From the human T2T-CHM13v2.0 reference genome, Homo sapiens, in assembly GCF_009914755.1 (NCBI RefSeq), contig NC_060928.1: DNA of 64,000 bases. One strand, 5' to 3'. Positions 37,181 through 51,132 of this stretch are shown in pieces. Numbering within the stretch: position 1 is the stretch's first letter; each line of letters opens with the position of its first letter. Below the pieces are notes generated by a model. That model saw only the letters and a list, made by a program, of their open reading frames with translations. It ran no database searches and was not told the DNA's origin. The translations under genes were made by a program, and so were the position numbers.

Positions 37181-39455
37181 GTGAAAACTAATGTGCTCCC
37201 TAATAGGAAATTAACCTGGAGTTGTTTTTCCACAAATGAGAATGAGCTCTGCTGGCAAACATTTTATATTTATGGAATAGTTCTATCTAGGGTTAAAGTG
37301 TGAATATGATGATCTTCGGTTGTTTTTTTCTGGCTGAGGCGGAGGGGTTGGGGGAAGATACAGCTAACTAGTCTATTAGGATCTTTGAAACCAGCAGCTC
37401 TGGCCTCAGTACCATCATGCCCTAAGGCAGGAGAGAAAAAGAATTAAAAGGAAGAGATCTAGTAAGCTTATTTTCTTCGCAACAAAAGTGCCCAACTGGA
37501 ATGATACAAACTCAGTATCATGGAAGTGAGTGCTTTTTTCAAATTGGAGTTTATATATCTCCAGAAGTACACGATGATAAGGAACACAAGGCCTGGGATA
37601 AAACAGGATCTTTTTTTAAAACAAGCACAAATAGTGTCTGGACCAGAATACAAAAATCACATCAATCTTTAGAACAAAATAAAGACCGAAGAAACTGCAA
37701 GCAGACAACTTCTGGTGATGACCATTAGTCCCTTCTCGGTAGTTTTGGAGAGTTTTTTTTTAAAAAAAGTTTGAGAAGCAATGATATAACTTAACAATTA
37801 TGCAAAACAAGGTAGGGTGGCAGTAGGAGATGGAAACAGAAGAGAAACTATAAGCGTAACTGAGAGCCAGTTATAAACTTAACTATTAAAAAATTGAACT
37901 GTCCTATTATTCTTGAGAGAAAAACTACTGAACTATGATTGATTTCTTATTCTTTTTAAAGAGTTAATGTTTCGAAGAGTTTCAAATAGGACCTAGGACA
38001 GGGTAAGCACTATTTAATTGTTAAATAAAGAAATAATTAACAACTAAATAGGTTCCCAGATGTGCACCTCCTGCTCGGATGCTGGTCTGAGATTGTGACC
38101 CACAGGTTTCAGTGGCCTACCTCCTGTCTCCCCTTGGGTATCTCACAGACACTTCAAATTCACCACGACCAAGACTGGTCCTCCCTCTCAAACTCAGCCT
38201 GCTTCCTGAGACCCCTATCTTAATTCCCTTTCTCACTATACAGCCATAGACCTGACTCTTGAACATTCCTAATTTGTTGGAGGCTCTTGATTAAAGGAAG
38301 CAGGGTGGAGGAAGGACAGAGGATTAAAAAATAAAACAGAAGCAAACCTAGAAATGTCTGCATCGGTGATTCTCAACTTTTCAAAGTACTCAGACTCTAT
38401 TCAAGTCTAGTGCACTAGTAACTAAGTCTTTAAATAAGCATTCTGTTTTAACAAGGAAGGGAAATGAAAGCGTTAAGTATTTAACCTAGAAGTGTTCACC
38501 AGTAGTGGAAAGAACACCCAGCCTCTATGCCACTCTTTTTCACACAGTCATTAAATTTTGTTGTCCATTGTAAGTCCCAGAAAGGGATGGACAAAGGGGT
38601 AAAATGTAGGCAGTGGCAAATTTTACCCCTTTACGTTCTCTGCCTTCACATTTTTTAAAATCTTTTATTTTGAACTTTCAAAGACCCTGTTGAAGTCCAA
38701 GTGCGCATGTGCATGCAAAGAGGAACGAGCCACCCTGAGAGCAAATCCATCCTTGAGGTTTGCGCCCTGAGTGATGGGACCAGAAGGCTTGGTGCACCAG
38801 AGCTCTCTGTCCTACTCCCAACTCGTACCCGTACACATCAGGCAGAAACAGGATGTTTTAATTTTTCAGACCTCTTGCACTATATATTTTTTCTATAAAC
38901 AAAGTAGAAGCAAATATTAATGCAGAGGCGTAAAATAAGATTCACGATTCTTGGACTTTAAATAGAGGTTTTATACATCAATGATTATGTAGAATATGTA
39001 ACCTAGTGCTGGTAAATAACAAAAGATGAAACACCATAGGGATATAATGGAATAACCAAAAGAGATTCAAAAGAATAAATCTCCTACTTTCCCCATTCCT
39101 ATTTTAAAATTACCAGCATCAATATCTTGTACATGCTGAAATAAATGAATATTGTAGAGTACTGACTTTTTAGTATATTTGCACAATCTATTGGTTTACA
39201 TTGTGAATGAAAGATTTTCATTCATTGTGGCCCTGCTATGCTTTTCTTCTGCTTTTTAATAATGCATAATAAATGTAACAGATTCTTGTGTGTTTCCAAA
39301 GAATTGCTATCAAATGAATTACTCTTGTCTTGTAAAAACACATTCTGATCCACCCAGTGACATGGAGCACTGGCATCTGGAAGGTCACTCAGGCTGATGA
39401 GATTTGGCTCTTCATTTGGCAAAAAAAAAGGGCCTGGAAAGACAGGGACTCTCAC

Positions 39456-39588
39456 CTTGTTTGGAGTTGACATCTGATGGGATGTGTGACGGGTGTGATC
39501 CTGGAGAAAAGTGCTCGTCACTGTAAGTGATGAGGGGGGTGAGAGGATGGACCGCATGGGATGGCTGCACCACGGGCACTTTATTTGA
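39456..39588 (-). CDS. LEF1: LEF1 exon 4 (133 bp): [44 protein letters not shown](G)
   Basis: Acceptor TTTGCAG|TCA, donor CAAG|GTGAG. Peptide visible in ORF 39412..39603. Confidence 0.97.
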
Positions 39589-40291
39589 CTGCAAAGTAAC
39601 CACAAGGTCAATAGTTAATATGGATGCCCAGCTCCAGTCTTTTCTCCCAAAGAAAAAAATTCACACAGCAGCAGTAACCAGTCATCAACATAACCCAAGA
39701 ATCACCTTCAGACCTGGACAGGTGGAAATGTCTCTTTTAGAATTTTTCTGAATTTTTCCATGGTAAATACTTCTCAAATATATGAATATGTCACTGATAT
39801 TCATGAGTTATCAGTTATTTCACCAGTGACTCTTCAGGGATTTAGGTTGATCACTACTCTTCCATATGGCATGAATTTCTGTACATATATATTTATACTC
39901 TCTTTTAGATTATTTCCTCAGGTTAAGTCAATAAAGAGCGAATTACAGCAAAATTTATGAATGTTTTACAACATTTGTATTCACTACATATGTCTGGCAC
40001 AAAAAGCAAAAAACTGTCCAATGAGCAAATAAATGAATAAATATTGCCAATTCAAAGGATAAATTTTTAAACCCAATAAATATAAATTTCCTATACTGAT
40101 ATCCCCTCAGCTTACAGAGTTCATAACTCTATGTTGTACATCTTTAAGAACCATGGTACACCATTCTTTCGAGTTTTATAGCTTTGTCAATCAAACAAGA
40201 CTAGCCATTATGCTTTGGCCCTCCTCAGTTCATCTTCTGCTTCTCTAGTTTCCATAAACATTAATTGATAAAAAGGAATTTCCAATCTTGA

Positions 40292-40608
<317 letters not shown>

Positions 40609-40885
40609 GAAATACTGCTTTAATAATATTTTTAATTGTTAAAATTGTATATTTTAACACACTTTATATGTCTTATACTTGTTTACAGACATTTTATTAT
40701 TTAATTTGGAAGTCAACAGTCACACTTTTTAATTCAAGTTATCTAATTGGACTTCATCAATTTGAAATCTGTGATTACTTTGGTTACAAAGTTAAGGTTG
40801 TTCCCCCCAACCCAAAAGTGCTTACTAAGTAATTAAAAAATATAAAGAAGACTTAAGTAGGTTTAACCTAATTAGTAAAATCACT

Positions 40886-41160
40886 TATTTATTTATTATT
40901 TATTTTTTATTGATATGGCATAGCTGTAGAAATTTTGTGGTATATGTGATATTCTGATACCTGTATAAAAGGTGGAATGATCAAGTTAGGATAACTGGGA
41001 TATCCATCACCTCAAACATTATCTTTCCTTTGTGTTGTGAACATTAAAATTCTTCCCTTCTAGCTATTAAATAATCTATTGTTAGCTACAGTTTCTCTAC
41101 TGTACATACTACAACTTATTCCTTCTATCTAACCGTATTTTTATACCCATTAACAACTTC
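40886..41160 (-). mobile_element. L1MA-type 3' end fragment
   Basis: GGGATATCCATCACCTCAAACATT...TTCTAGCTATT pattern of L1MA 3'UTR in reverse. Confidence 0.75.
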
Positions 41161-43245
41161 TCTAGGGGAATCATTTTAAAGAGACTCAATAAACCCTTCA
41201 CCAAAGAAAAAGGGACTCAACACAATTATATACCTGTTAAAGGTGTTTGTTTCTGATTTTAAACTAATCTAATAATTAAAGCAGTTGCAGGAAAATCTCT
41301 ACTTAAAAACACTATAGTAATGGGTAACATGAATTTAAGAGAAAATTGAGCATATCATTATGCTCAATTCACTAGTTCAGACATGTCTTCATCATAATTA
41401 GTTTGAATTAGTAAGATCTTACTATATTATTGACTAAAATGCATGTGAAATCAGTTTTCTCCTGAAGCAAATATTCATATTTTTTAAAAATTTGAGGAAG
41501 TGCCTAAAACTGCACAATGTGAACTGCTTAAAATGTAAGTCCATATCTGAATGGTTAAAGAGGGCCCCCAAAACACACTTGTGTATGGTGGCTGTACCTA
41601 CGACATACACTAATTTTGAACTTAATATTTTTTACAAATTAGCCATAAAAAATATGTGGCTCCAATGAGAAGGACTCCCCTTAGAAAAATTAGAATTCTT
41701 ATACCCTATCTTATAAGAAAAATTAGTAATTCTTCTTATACCCTATCATTACAACCTCCATCCAAAAGAAACTTACGGGGGGGGGAAAAAAAAGGAAAAA
41801 AAAATCACACTTTTTTTGGAAAATGATATAATTTCCATACTAGATTTTCCCTATTTTATAATTATCAGCTCTTCTTTAATGGCAAAACTTGCATAGCTCA
41901 TATAGCTTTTTTGGCGTATATTAAATAGAGTGCCATTATCATAGCCACACAATTTTTCTCTACACACCTCAGCACAAACATCTATGCATATAAATGTGTA
42001 AAAGGTTAAACAAATCTTCTAATGCTTTTCGAGTGTTAATGACACAGTTTTCCAAATAACAGAATAAGCTTCTTAAATACATGGAATTTAGAATGCTAGA
42101 AGTGGGGGTGGGTAGATGTGAGGATAGGAGGAGTTTATTATGAACTCTTTTGAAAATGGAAACACAAATCTCAACGCCCAAATGTTAAAATCGATAGATT
42201 TCAAATATACTTTAGAATAATGGCTTTCAGTTTCATTTTAAAAGTCTCATAAATAAGCATAATTGCCAAACAATCTACAAAGATATTTTCTTAGGGTACT
42301 TATAAAGAGTAAACACTGTGGAAATCTTCTGGATATATTCTTTCTTTCCAGAGCACCACCTTAAGGAACTTGCATTAGCAGGCAGCATCTTCTTAATGTC
42401 TGACCTATCCCTCCAGTCATATAGCTCAGAATCTGGTGCCATGAATTTTTGCTAAATTATGCTATCCTTGCTCTCCTCTTAATTTTACGGTTTTCAACAC
42501 AGATTTGCTTTCCTGTGGGAAAGAGATAAGAAGCCGAGGATTTTAATTTAAGCCTGGCCTTGTCTTATATTTTGCAAGATGGATAGCGAAAGCAGTACTA
42601 GTAGGTGTGTTAAAGCCAACAAGGATTATGTCCATTTTTGTGGCCAAATAATAAAAGTAATATGAAATTTCAATAGCATGTGTGAGCAGAATTCCAAGGG
42701 TTATGGTTTGCTTCCTGCCAACCATCTCCACTATGTATATAAACAGAACAAAGTGGATTCCAACTTACACTGCGGATATGTGGCACATCATCATCACAGT
42801 CAAGATTCCTCAGCCCAAAAATCTGCAGGCTTCCTCTGATTTCACAAGTTACTGCCCCTTGACACTATGTGCACACACAAAGTGAGAACCCTGGCACTGC
42901 TACTTTGGTTAAGTTTTAAGACAGCCAGTAAAACCATTCTTAATTCCATTCATTTAATCTCCTAATAAAATGTGGTATATATTTTCTTGTGGGGAGTAGG
43001 TAAGCGGAAGAATAATCAACCAACTATCTAAGTGTTTGTAGACAAATTAAGTGGCTACATCACATGCAGAGTTATACATGCCCGTGTGCATATGTGTGTA
43101 TTTATTAAGCACCTAAAATGTTTCAAGCACTATTCTAGCACCAATGACCAACACACAGATAAGGTCTCTAATTCTCGCAGCTTACTTTCTGGGGCTCTGG
43201 AAGTGGCGTCAGGCAGCAGGGGGTGGGTATTGGAAACAATGAATA

Positions 43246-43281
<36 letters not shown>

Positions 43282-44219
43282 CAAGCAAAATCTGAAAAGG
43301 CAGCATCAAGTACTATGAAGAAAATGAACCTGGTGATAGGAGAAAGTGTGTATCTAAGTATATGCCTTTTTATTATGTTTAAGCTCTAAGAAACCTAAAG
43401 TATATTTAGTAGCTTATTTTAGTTCCTTATTTTAATTTTACAGACTGGAAGCCGAGAAACAGAGGTCACCAGGGAATGGGTAGGTCAAGCCAGGACTACT
43501 GTATAAAATAGTACAGTCCTGCTCACTACACAACTCCAGTAACGCAGGGACACTGAATACAATGGGAATGAACCCCCTGGGCTGCCCAATACAGTGGAAT
43601 CAGCAGTAGAAAAGTTCGATCCTTTTGGCTCTTACTCTGTGCTGGCTACTGTACACATAGTAAGTACCTCACTTAATAGAACCCAAGTCTCCTGATTCCT
43701 ACTCGGGTGCTTTTCCTACTACACATCTCGCTGTAAGGGAGGGAAGGAGGGAGAGAGGGTAAAAATCACCTGCTTTTTGATTCACAGATACAATCAGGTA
43801 AGTCTTAGCTTCCAGTTGAGAATCACCAGGTAGTCCCAATATGTGCTCTGTTTCATTATCCCAGGGTCACAGGATGCACAGTTACTCCAGCTTTACGAGA
43901 TACCTGGCAGCCCTGTCACCCCAAATTCTCCACTTCTGGTCAGAGGTTCAGTGACTTGTTTAAGCTCACAAGGCAGTAAGAGTTAGGCCAAAACCCTTGG
44001 TTTCTGATTCCAACTGCACATTCTTTAATCTCAGGCAGGTGATTGGTGGGTGAGCAAAGGAAAAGACAAAAAGAGTAGATACTTAAAAAAGAAAAAAAAG
44101 AAAGAAAGAAAAGGGAGAAAATATCAAGGATGGCTGTTTAGGGAGAAGCTTGAAACCCTTTCTTAAATTTGCAAATCACCATCAGGCCAACCTACCCACA
44201 TAATACATAGTAATTACAG

Positions 44220-44430
44220 CAATTAACACTTACCAACTGCTTACTGTGTGCTAAGCACTTTATCCTCACAACAGCTTTGAGGCAGGTACTATTATTATCC
44301 CCCTTTTACAGATGAGGAAACAGGCATGGAGAAGAAAATATTCTTGAAGGGTATGTGCTCTAGCAAGCAGCCAAGCCAGGATTCAAATGCAGAAGTCTGG
44401 CTCTAGAGGCCAAGCTCATTACCTGTACAT
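44220..44430 (-). mobile_element. MIR
   Basis: ATTATTATCCCCTTTTACAGATGAGGAAACAGGC core. Confidence 0.8.
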
Positions 44431-46899
44431 CATGTGGCCTTCCTGAAAGCCAAGTTCATAAAATCTTGGACACTGAGGTGACCATTTGGGCCACACCTGA
44501 GAGCATGTGACATCTATGAAATGGCTGTGTGGTCTCTGTCCCAGGCACAGGAATCACTTGAGACAAAGAAGCACCTCAGCAGAAGTGGGTAAAGCTACGG
44601 AGACTCAACTGCAGCCTTTCTCTCCAGGACTGGAAAACATGCCAAGGAAGCTTGGTTGGCTGCCACCCAGGCTGGTCCCTGCAGGTAAGGACCTCTTTGG
44701 CATCACAGCCAATAAAACCCATACCTCCTGTGGACACGAAGTGGGTGCCACTTAGGGATCCTGAGAGCCACCCCCAAAGCAGCATTCCCAGAAATGACCC
44801 ACTCACCACTGGCAGGAATTGAAGGTGTCATGAAAGCTGTTAGCCTCAGAGGATGTGGTTCTGGGAAGAACTAAAAAGGTGGTTCAACTCCCTACTGGCT
44901 AAGGCCTGGGGCCTCCTGGATAGAGGAGTAACTGGGGGAGAAACCTGCTGTCCTGGTAGCTAGTCCTCATTTTCCACATCTCCAGGTTCTAACTAAACTA
45001 AACCCAAAGTGCGGGATCTGGCTGTGCATAAAGGTCTGGAGTTTCAACTGGCTGTGCATTTAATCAATAATCTTCTGGTAATAACTGAATCCAGGGGAAT
45101 TTTAACACTTCATCAACTTATTGAGATGAGGAATTTCATCTGGCCTTGATTGTTATGGTGGCATTTTTGCTTTTCATTAAACACTTCAGAAGTCTGGTAC
45201 TCGTGACATAAAGCCATGTAACTTCATGCTGCGCCTTTCCCTCCTTTTCTGAGAATCTGAGCTTCTCAAGCCTTCCCAGAAAGAGAGGCAGATTTACTCC
45301 AAAAGGATACATTGATTCTTGCATCTAGACCTCAGAAACAAGGTACTGGAAATATTTCCTAAGATCCACCAAAGCCAAACACCTGCTTCAGGTCTGATGT
45401 GGCTTTCAAATGTAAGACCCCCTACTGGTGGTGATGCAGCTGCATTTTTCAGATAAGAACGAGGCCCCAGGATCTTAAGATTCAAACGGTCCATGAGCCC
45501 AACTCTGGAGGAAAAGGGATGGTCTAGAGACCTGCACCATCATCAGACAACTGAAATGTTTTCTTAAGAGGGGAAGGAACATATCACAGGGAAAGGAATT
45601 AACATGGGTTGCACAGTTAGTAAGTACCAGTCATTACAGTAGCGCTTTTATATACTCTGGCACTCGTCCATGTAAGTGGGTATTATTACCCCCATATTTA
45701 TAGATGAGAAGGCTGAGTCTTTTTGAACACAGAGCTAAGTAATAATTAGTGGAGAGAGGATCTGTGCCGGCATTTGTTTGATACCAAAGTCCCTGCTCTT
45801 CCTGCCCCACACTGTTTGGTGCTCAGCTCCTCTCTCCATCTCTATTCCAAACTACCCCCCAACCAAGTGAATGTGGCCTGCTGTGGCCTCAACTGTAATG
45901 AAGCATCTAGAGAGGAACAGTGGACCACTTGGAGAAAACTGATATTACCAGAGGCAATCAGACTACAACAGAATGCTGGAAGGGCTCCCTTTTAAAACGC
46001 ATGGAAAACCCACTATTCTCCAAGTTCTCTGTAAGGTGGTGAATTCCAAACATTACGTCATTTAATCCTAAAGCCATACCTAAGTTAGGTGTTAAGATTT
46101 CTGTTTTATTGAGAAGGAAACAAGGCTCTGGGAATAATTCATTCTGGGAGCCAAAAGGAGACCCATTGTTTTCAGTAACTGGAGCCTGTAAATAGAGGGA
46201 CTGGGGTTAAGGTTAGAGGCTGAGGAAAGATCAGGGTAAAGGAAAAATGACATCTAATTATGTAAAGTTGCAACATCCTATTATTTGATTGATTTCACAA
46301 CACCCTCACCATACCCCTAATCATCTAAGTACTCCATTAATTTTTCATGTTGAAGAAAATACTTTGAAAATTAAGAGAAGGAACTGGAGTCATTCCAGAT
46401 AAATGAGCCAAAAAAACAAACTAAAACATTTGCAACTTACTTACTTGTACTATTTAGTGGTAAAATAGTACAAGTAAGGCATTACAGTGGTTGATTCAGA
46501 GGTCAAATAGAGGGATGGGGCATAAGTAAAAGAAAGGACCACCAGATTCTCACCAGATTCTAAGGAGGCAAGAGGAAGAGGAGGAGAAGGAGAAACAGGA
46601 GGAGGAGGAAGAGCAGCAGCAGTAGCAGCTGCCTGCCTGGACCACTAGCTGTAGTGGTGCAAGGATTCTATGGGGTATGGAAAACTTTGCAGTGGAAGGA
46701 CGTGGGGCAGAGCGAGAATCCAATGGTTCATCTTTTCTGGATCACAGACATGAAAAATAAGATGAAAGCTGTGTTTAAATGTTTTTATACACAAATACAA
46801 TCACACATCAGTGGGTTGGGGCAGAGGAGTTGCAGTATGCACAGGGGAGGACAGGGAAAGAAGTGGCCCATGATCCCTAGATTTAAAGCTGCTGCCTTA

Positions 46900-48078
46900 C
46901 CAAAGCAAATGGACAAATGGGATCACGTTAAGTTAAAAAGCTTCTGGAGAGCAAAGGAAATAGTCAACGATGTGAGGAGACAACCCACAGCATGGGGAAA
47001 AATATTTGCAAACTACCCATCTGACAAGGGATTAATAACTAGAATATGTAAGGAGCTCAAACAACTCTATAGGAAAAAGTGAAATAATCCCTTTGTAAAA
47101 TGGGCAAATGGTGTGAATAGACATTTCTCAAAAGAAGACACACAAATGGCAAACAGGTATATGAAAAGGTGCTCAACATCATTAATCATCAGAGAAATGC
47201 AAATCAAAACTACCACGTGACATCATCTCACCCCAGTTAAAATGGTTTTTATCCAAAGGACAGGTAATAACGAATGGTGGCGTGGGTATAAAGAAAAGGG
47301 AAACTTTGTACACTGCTGGTGGAAATGTAAATTAATATGATGACTATGGAGAACAGTGTGGAGTTGCCTCAAAATCTAAAAATATTATCACCTTATTATC
47401 TAACAATCCCACTGCTCGGTATACTCAAAAGAAAGGAAATCAGTATATTAAAGAGCTATCTGCATTCCCATATTTACTGCAGCACTATTCACAATAGCTA
47501 AGATTTGGAATCAACCTCAGTGTCCATTAATGGATGAATGGATAGAGAAAATGTGGTATATACCCAATGAAATATTATTCAGCCACAAAACAGAGTGACA
47601 TCTTTGCATTTGCAACAACATGGATGGAACTGGATGACATTATGTTATGTGAAATAAGCCAGGCACAGAGAAACAAATAACCACATTCTCACTCATTTGT
47701 GAGAGCTAAAAATTAAAACAGTTGAACTCACGGAGATACAGAGTAGAATGATGGTTACCAGCAGCTTGGAATGGGGGTTGGGTGAGTGGGGATGGTTAAT
47801 GAGTGCAAAAATATAGTTAGGATAAGATCTAGTTTTGATAGCTAGCACAACAGCGTGACTATAGTCAACAATAATTTATCGTAAGTTTTAAAATAACTAA
47901 AAGAGTGGAATTGGAATGTTCCTAACACAATGAAATGATAGATGCTTGAGGAGATGGATACCCCAATTACCTGGACATGATTACTACACCTTGTATGCCT
48001 ATATCAAAACATCACATGTACCCCATAAATATACATACCTATTATGTACCCATAATGATTAAAACCTAGACATTTTTT
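46900..48078 (+). mobile_element. L1MA-type LINE-1 3' fragment (ORF2 end + 3'UTR)
   Basis: ORF2-like DKWDHVKLKSF...KIFANYPSDKGLITRICKELKQLY; L1MA-like 3'UTR; TSD core CTGCTGCCTTA at 46889-46899 and 48084-48094. Confidence 0.9.
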
Positions 48079-49289
48079 AATATCTGCTGCCTTATTCTGA
48101 GAGAAGTATTTTACCAATCCAATCACTGCATAATAACTTATTATGATTAATAAGCTGAAGTGTAGTCAGCTTGATGAAAGTAGTATTTGTGCAGGTCAGT
48201 GGAAAATAATGGAAGGTAAACAAATCAATTAAAGTGAGTGAGAAGTCAGGAGCAAAAGCTTTCTCTGTCTACCATCCAGAGAGCTCAGACCGGAGGCGAC
48301 ATGAGGCAACCCCAGGGACTCCAGAACCAGAGAGGGAGGGCACTGTTTGGGGCGGGTTGGTTCAGGGGGGACAAATTCCAGAAAGATTTCCTCAGAACCT
48401 CATCAGCCATCAATCCTGAATAGGCTCAACAAGGTTTTCTGGTGCTGGTCTGGGGACATGTTGGTTGAAAAGCCTCTCTCCTCCACTGCCCAGGGATGGC
48501 ATATTCAGAGGGAGGGACTTCCCACTGCCACCACAGCCACACCTCTCTATTATGCAGTTTAGAGGGTGGAAGGGCTCTCCTTGGCACTCAGAATGTCCAG
48601 CAGGAAACAATGAATGGTTGGGCCTGAGAAATGGACTCTAGATCTCCTGTGGCGGGGTTGTGGGGGTGGGGTTCGGCAAGCTACAGTCTGCCCAAGGTCA
48701 AGGTCAGAGAAGTCCCACAGTTACCCAGATACGAAGTGCAGATGGTCTGTTTAAATGTTCAGACTGCAAATGGAGGGTGCAAAATTCCATAAGCGAAGCC
48801 AACAGACTTAAATCTAATTATTTCATATTCAAAGGGGGGGCTTTCACACTTAAGTTTCTAGGAAAAGCATTTGCCTTATTTTAGTTTAAGTAAAACTGAT
48901 TCTTTAAGATCAGGTGTGAAGGATTTACAGGACAGTAACAGAAATACTTATGTGTACAATTTTGTCCCACCGAGCCTTCTCTGATTTTAATAAGTGCCAT
49001 ATATATACAGTATTCTCTACTTAAAATTGGGTGTTTTAGTAAGTGAAAAGATAACATTTATGTCTACAGGGGTCCTCATTTTTCTATAGAACTTCTGAAG
49101 TGCCTTTCAGAAATCAAATGGGGAAAATACAACAAGTTACTTGGGTTCAGCTACTATCAGTCAGATTGGGACTAAAAGTATGAATAATTGAGAGGTAAAG
49201 TTATTGGAAAACTCAAATCATTTTCTATGAACATGTAAATTTGATATTTACACTGTAAGATCAGCATTAAAGCTATTCTATAGCGTTGT

Positions 49290-49610
49290 AGAGTTGTGCT
49301 GTCCAATATGGTAGCCATTAGGCATTAGGTCGAGCCCTTGAAAGGTGGCTAGTCCAAGTTGAGACATGCCATAAGTGTAAAATACATACTAGAATTCAAA
49401 TACTGTGTGTGAAAATAATGTAAATGATCTCAGTATGTTTATATTGATTACATGCTCAAATAACATTTTTGACATATTATGTTCAATAAATTTATTACTA
49501 AAATTAATTTTACCTGTCTTTACCTTTTGATGTAGCTTAAGAAAACATAAAATTACATATATGACTTGCATTTGTGATCTGCACTACATTTCTATCAGGC
49601 AGTTCTGCTT
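49290..49610. mobile_element. MER33-like hAT-Charlie DNA transposon relic
   Basis: GTGCTGTCCAATATGGTAGCCA...AAATTAATTTTACCTGT...ATTTCTAT; about 320 bp. Confidence 0.75.
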
Positions 49611-49815
49611 ACAGTTTAAAAATTTGTAGGTGGGACTGCCCCCTTTCTGTCTCGTACTCCAATTTGACTTAAACAAAAAAATTGGCGTTTTTGAAACAAA
49701 GCTTCCTTGTATGGAAAAGAACTCTTATGGGTAAAAAAACTGAAAATCAGAGAAGGTAAGTGGCAGAGCTGGTAATTTAACATTACATTTCAATATCCCA
49801 TACTGAGAGTCAAGT

Positions 49816-49886
49816 CTATACACATGTATGTATATATATATGTGTATGTATATATATATATATATGTGTATATGTGTGTGTGTGTA

Positions 49887-49931
<45 letters not shown>
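49816..49931. repeat. (TA)n/(TG)n compound microsatellite at L1PA tail
   Basis: Direct reading. Confidence 0.92.
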
Positions 49932-49937
<6 letters not shown>

Positions 49938-50060
49938 TACTTGAAATTATGGGGTACGTGTGCAGAACATGCAGGTTTGTTACATAGGTATACACGTGCC
50001 CTGGTGGTTTGCCGCACCCATCAACCTATATCATCTACATTAGGTATTTCTCCAAATGCT
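49932..50060 (-). mobile_element. L1PA 3' end fragment
   Basis: GTGCAGAACATGCAGGTTTGTTACATAGGTATACACGTGCC...GCACCCATCAAC. Confidence 0.85.
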
Positions 50061-50937
50061 AAAGTCAATATATTTAAAACCAAATATTTATATGACAACT
50101 AGTACAGAACTATAACCTTTCATTTTATGGTGTAAAAAAAATTACTAAAAGCAGGGTAGAATGATCCTTATGATTAAATTGTGTGTCTTGAAGCAGTTAT
50201 ATGTAACTTCTTCAACTTGCCAGTCAACTCAGATAACTTTTACAAATACCTAACACACATTTTCAGATTCATTACAAGTTACTGATGAACTCATTCCTTG
50301 ACAAGTAACCATCTTTTCCATTTCACATCATAGCACATTATCTAGGAAGAAAAAGCAGAGCTTATCTTGAGTGAAAAATGATGCTGCAGACAACACTATT
50401 CACAGGATATATTTATATGAGTCAAGAAAAAAATAACCTTTTGTTATAGACTTAAAAACAAAACCTGAAATGAGTTGGAATTGAGTCTGAAAACTTAAAT
50501 GAGAAAGAAAGCAGATTACGTAAACTGGGTTCTATGTAACTTTGCTTCATCTTAAAGCTCTCAAATAAGTCAAGCCAGAAGAGAACATTTTCCCTGAAAA
50601 CATTTATTTCAAAAAAGAGGAAGCAAAATTTAAAGACCTTTTAAAAGACTTTCAATTCTATTAATAAATTATAAAAAGGAAATATTCTATAACCCATGGA
50701 AAACTGTAGTAGCAAAGACAACAGCTATTCTCTGCTAGTGAAAAAGGGCATTTCTGTGAATATAAAATCAAAGATAAACTCCACTTTGTTCCATGTATTA
50801 AAAATAGAAAATTTTCCTCCTGAAGTTTATTTTCATTTCCATCTCTTTTAGGGGAACATGCTGAAGAATTCAAGACAGATACTGAATGCCTAACCTATGT
50901 ATCTTTCCCGAGAGCAATCTACATTACCCTGAATTTA

Positions 50938-51132
50938 CAGTAGTGTCCAGGAGCCGGCTTGTTCTAGCTCAGAGACCTGATGGCTAAATTTTCAGGAATT
51001 TTGAGAGCCTGTTATCATGTTGGTAGCCTGAAATTGGTCATGGTAGGATTATTTATACCATGGAAATTGGCACATGTGAAAAGTCCCCTCTCCCTTGAGC
51101 TAATTGTTTCACATATAACAGCACCCCACTGG
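50938..51132. mobile_element. MER63-like hAT relic
   Basis: GGAGCCGGCT...AAATTTTCAGGAATTTTG...CCATGGAAATTGGC...CAGCACCCCACTG. Confidence 0.65.

Noticed and set aside
43249-43279. About 31-nt poly(A) as a processed-pseudogene tail
   Set aside because: No upstream cDNA-like body or TSD; it sits in L2-like sequence.
46654-47082. 142-aa ORF
   Set aside because: The C-terminal part is a decayed L1 ORF2 fragment fused to flanking sequence by chance.
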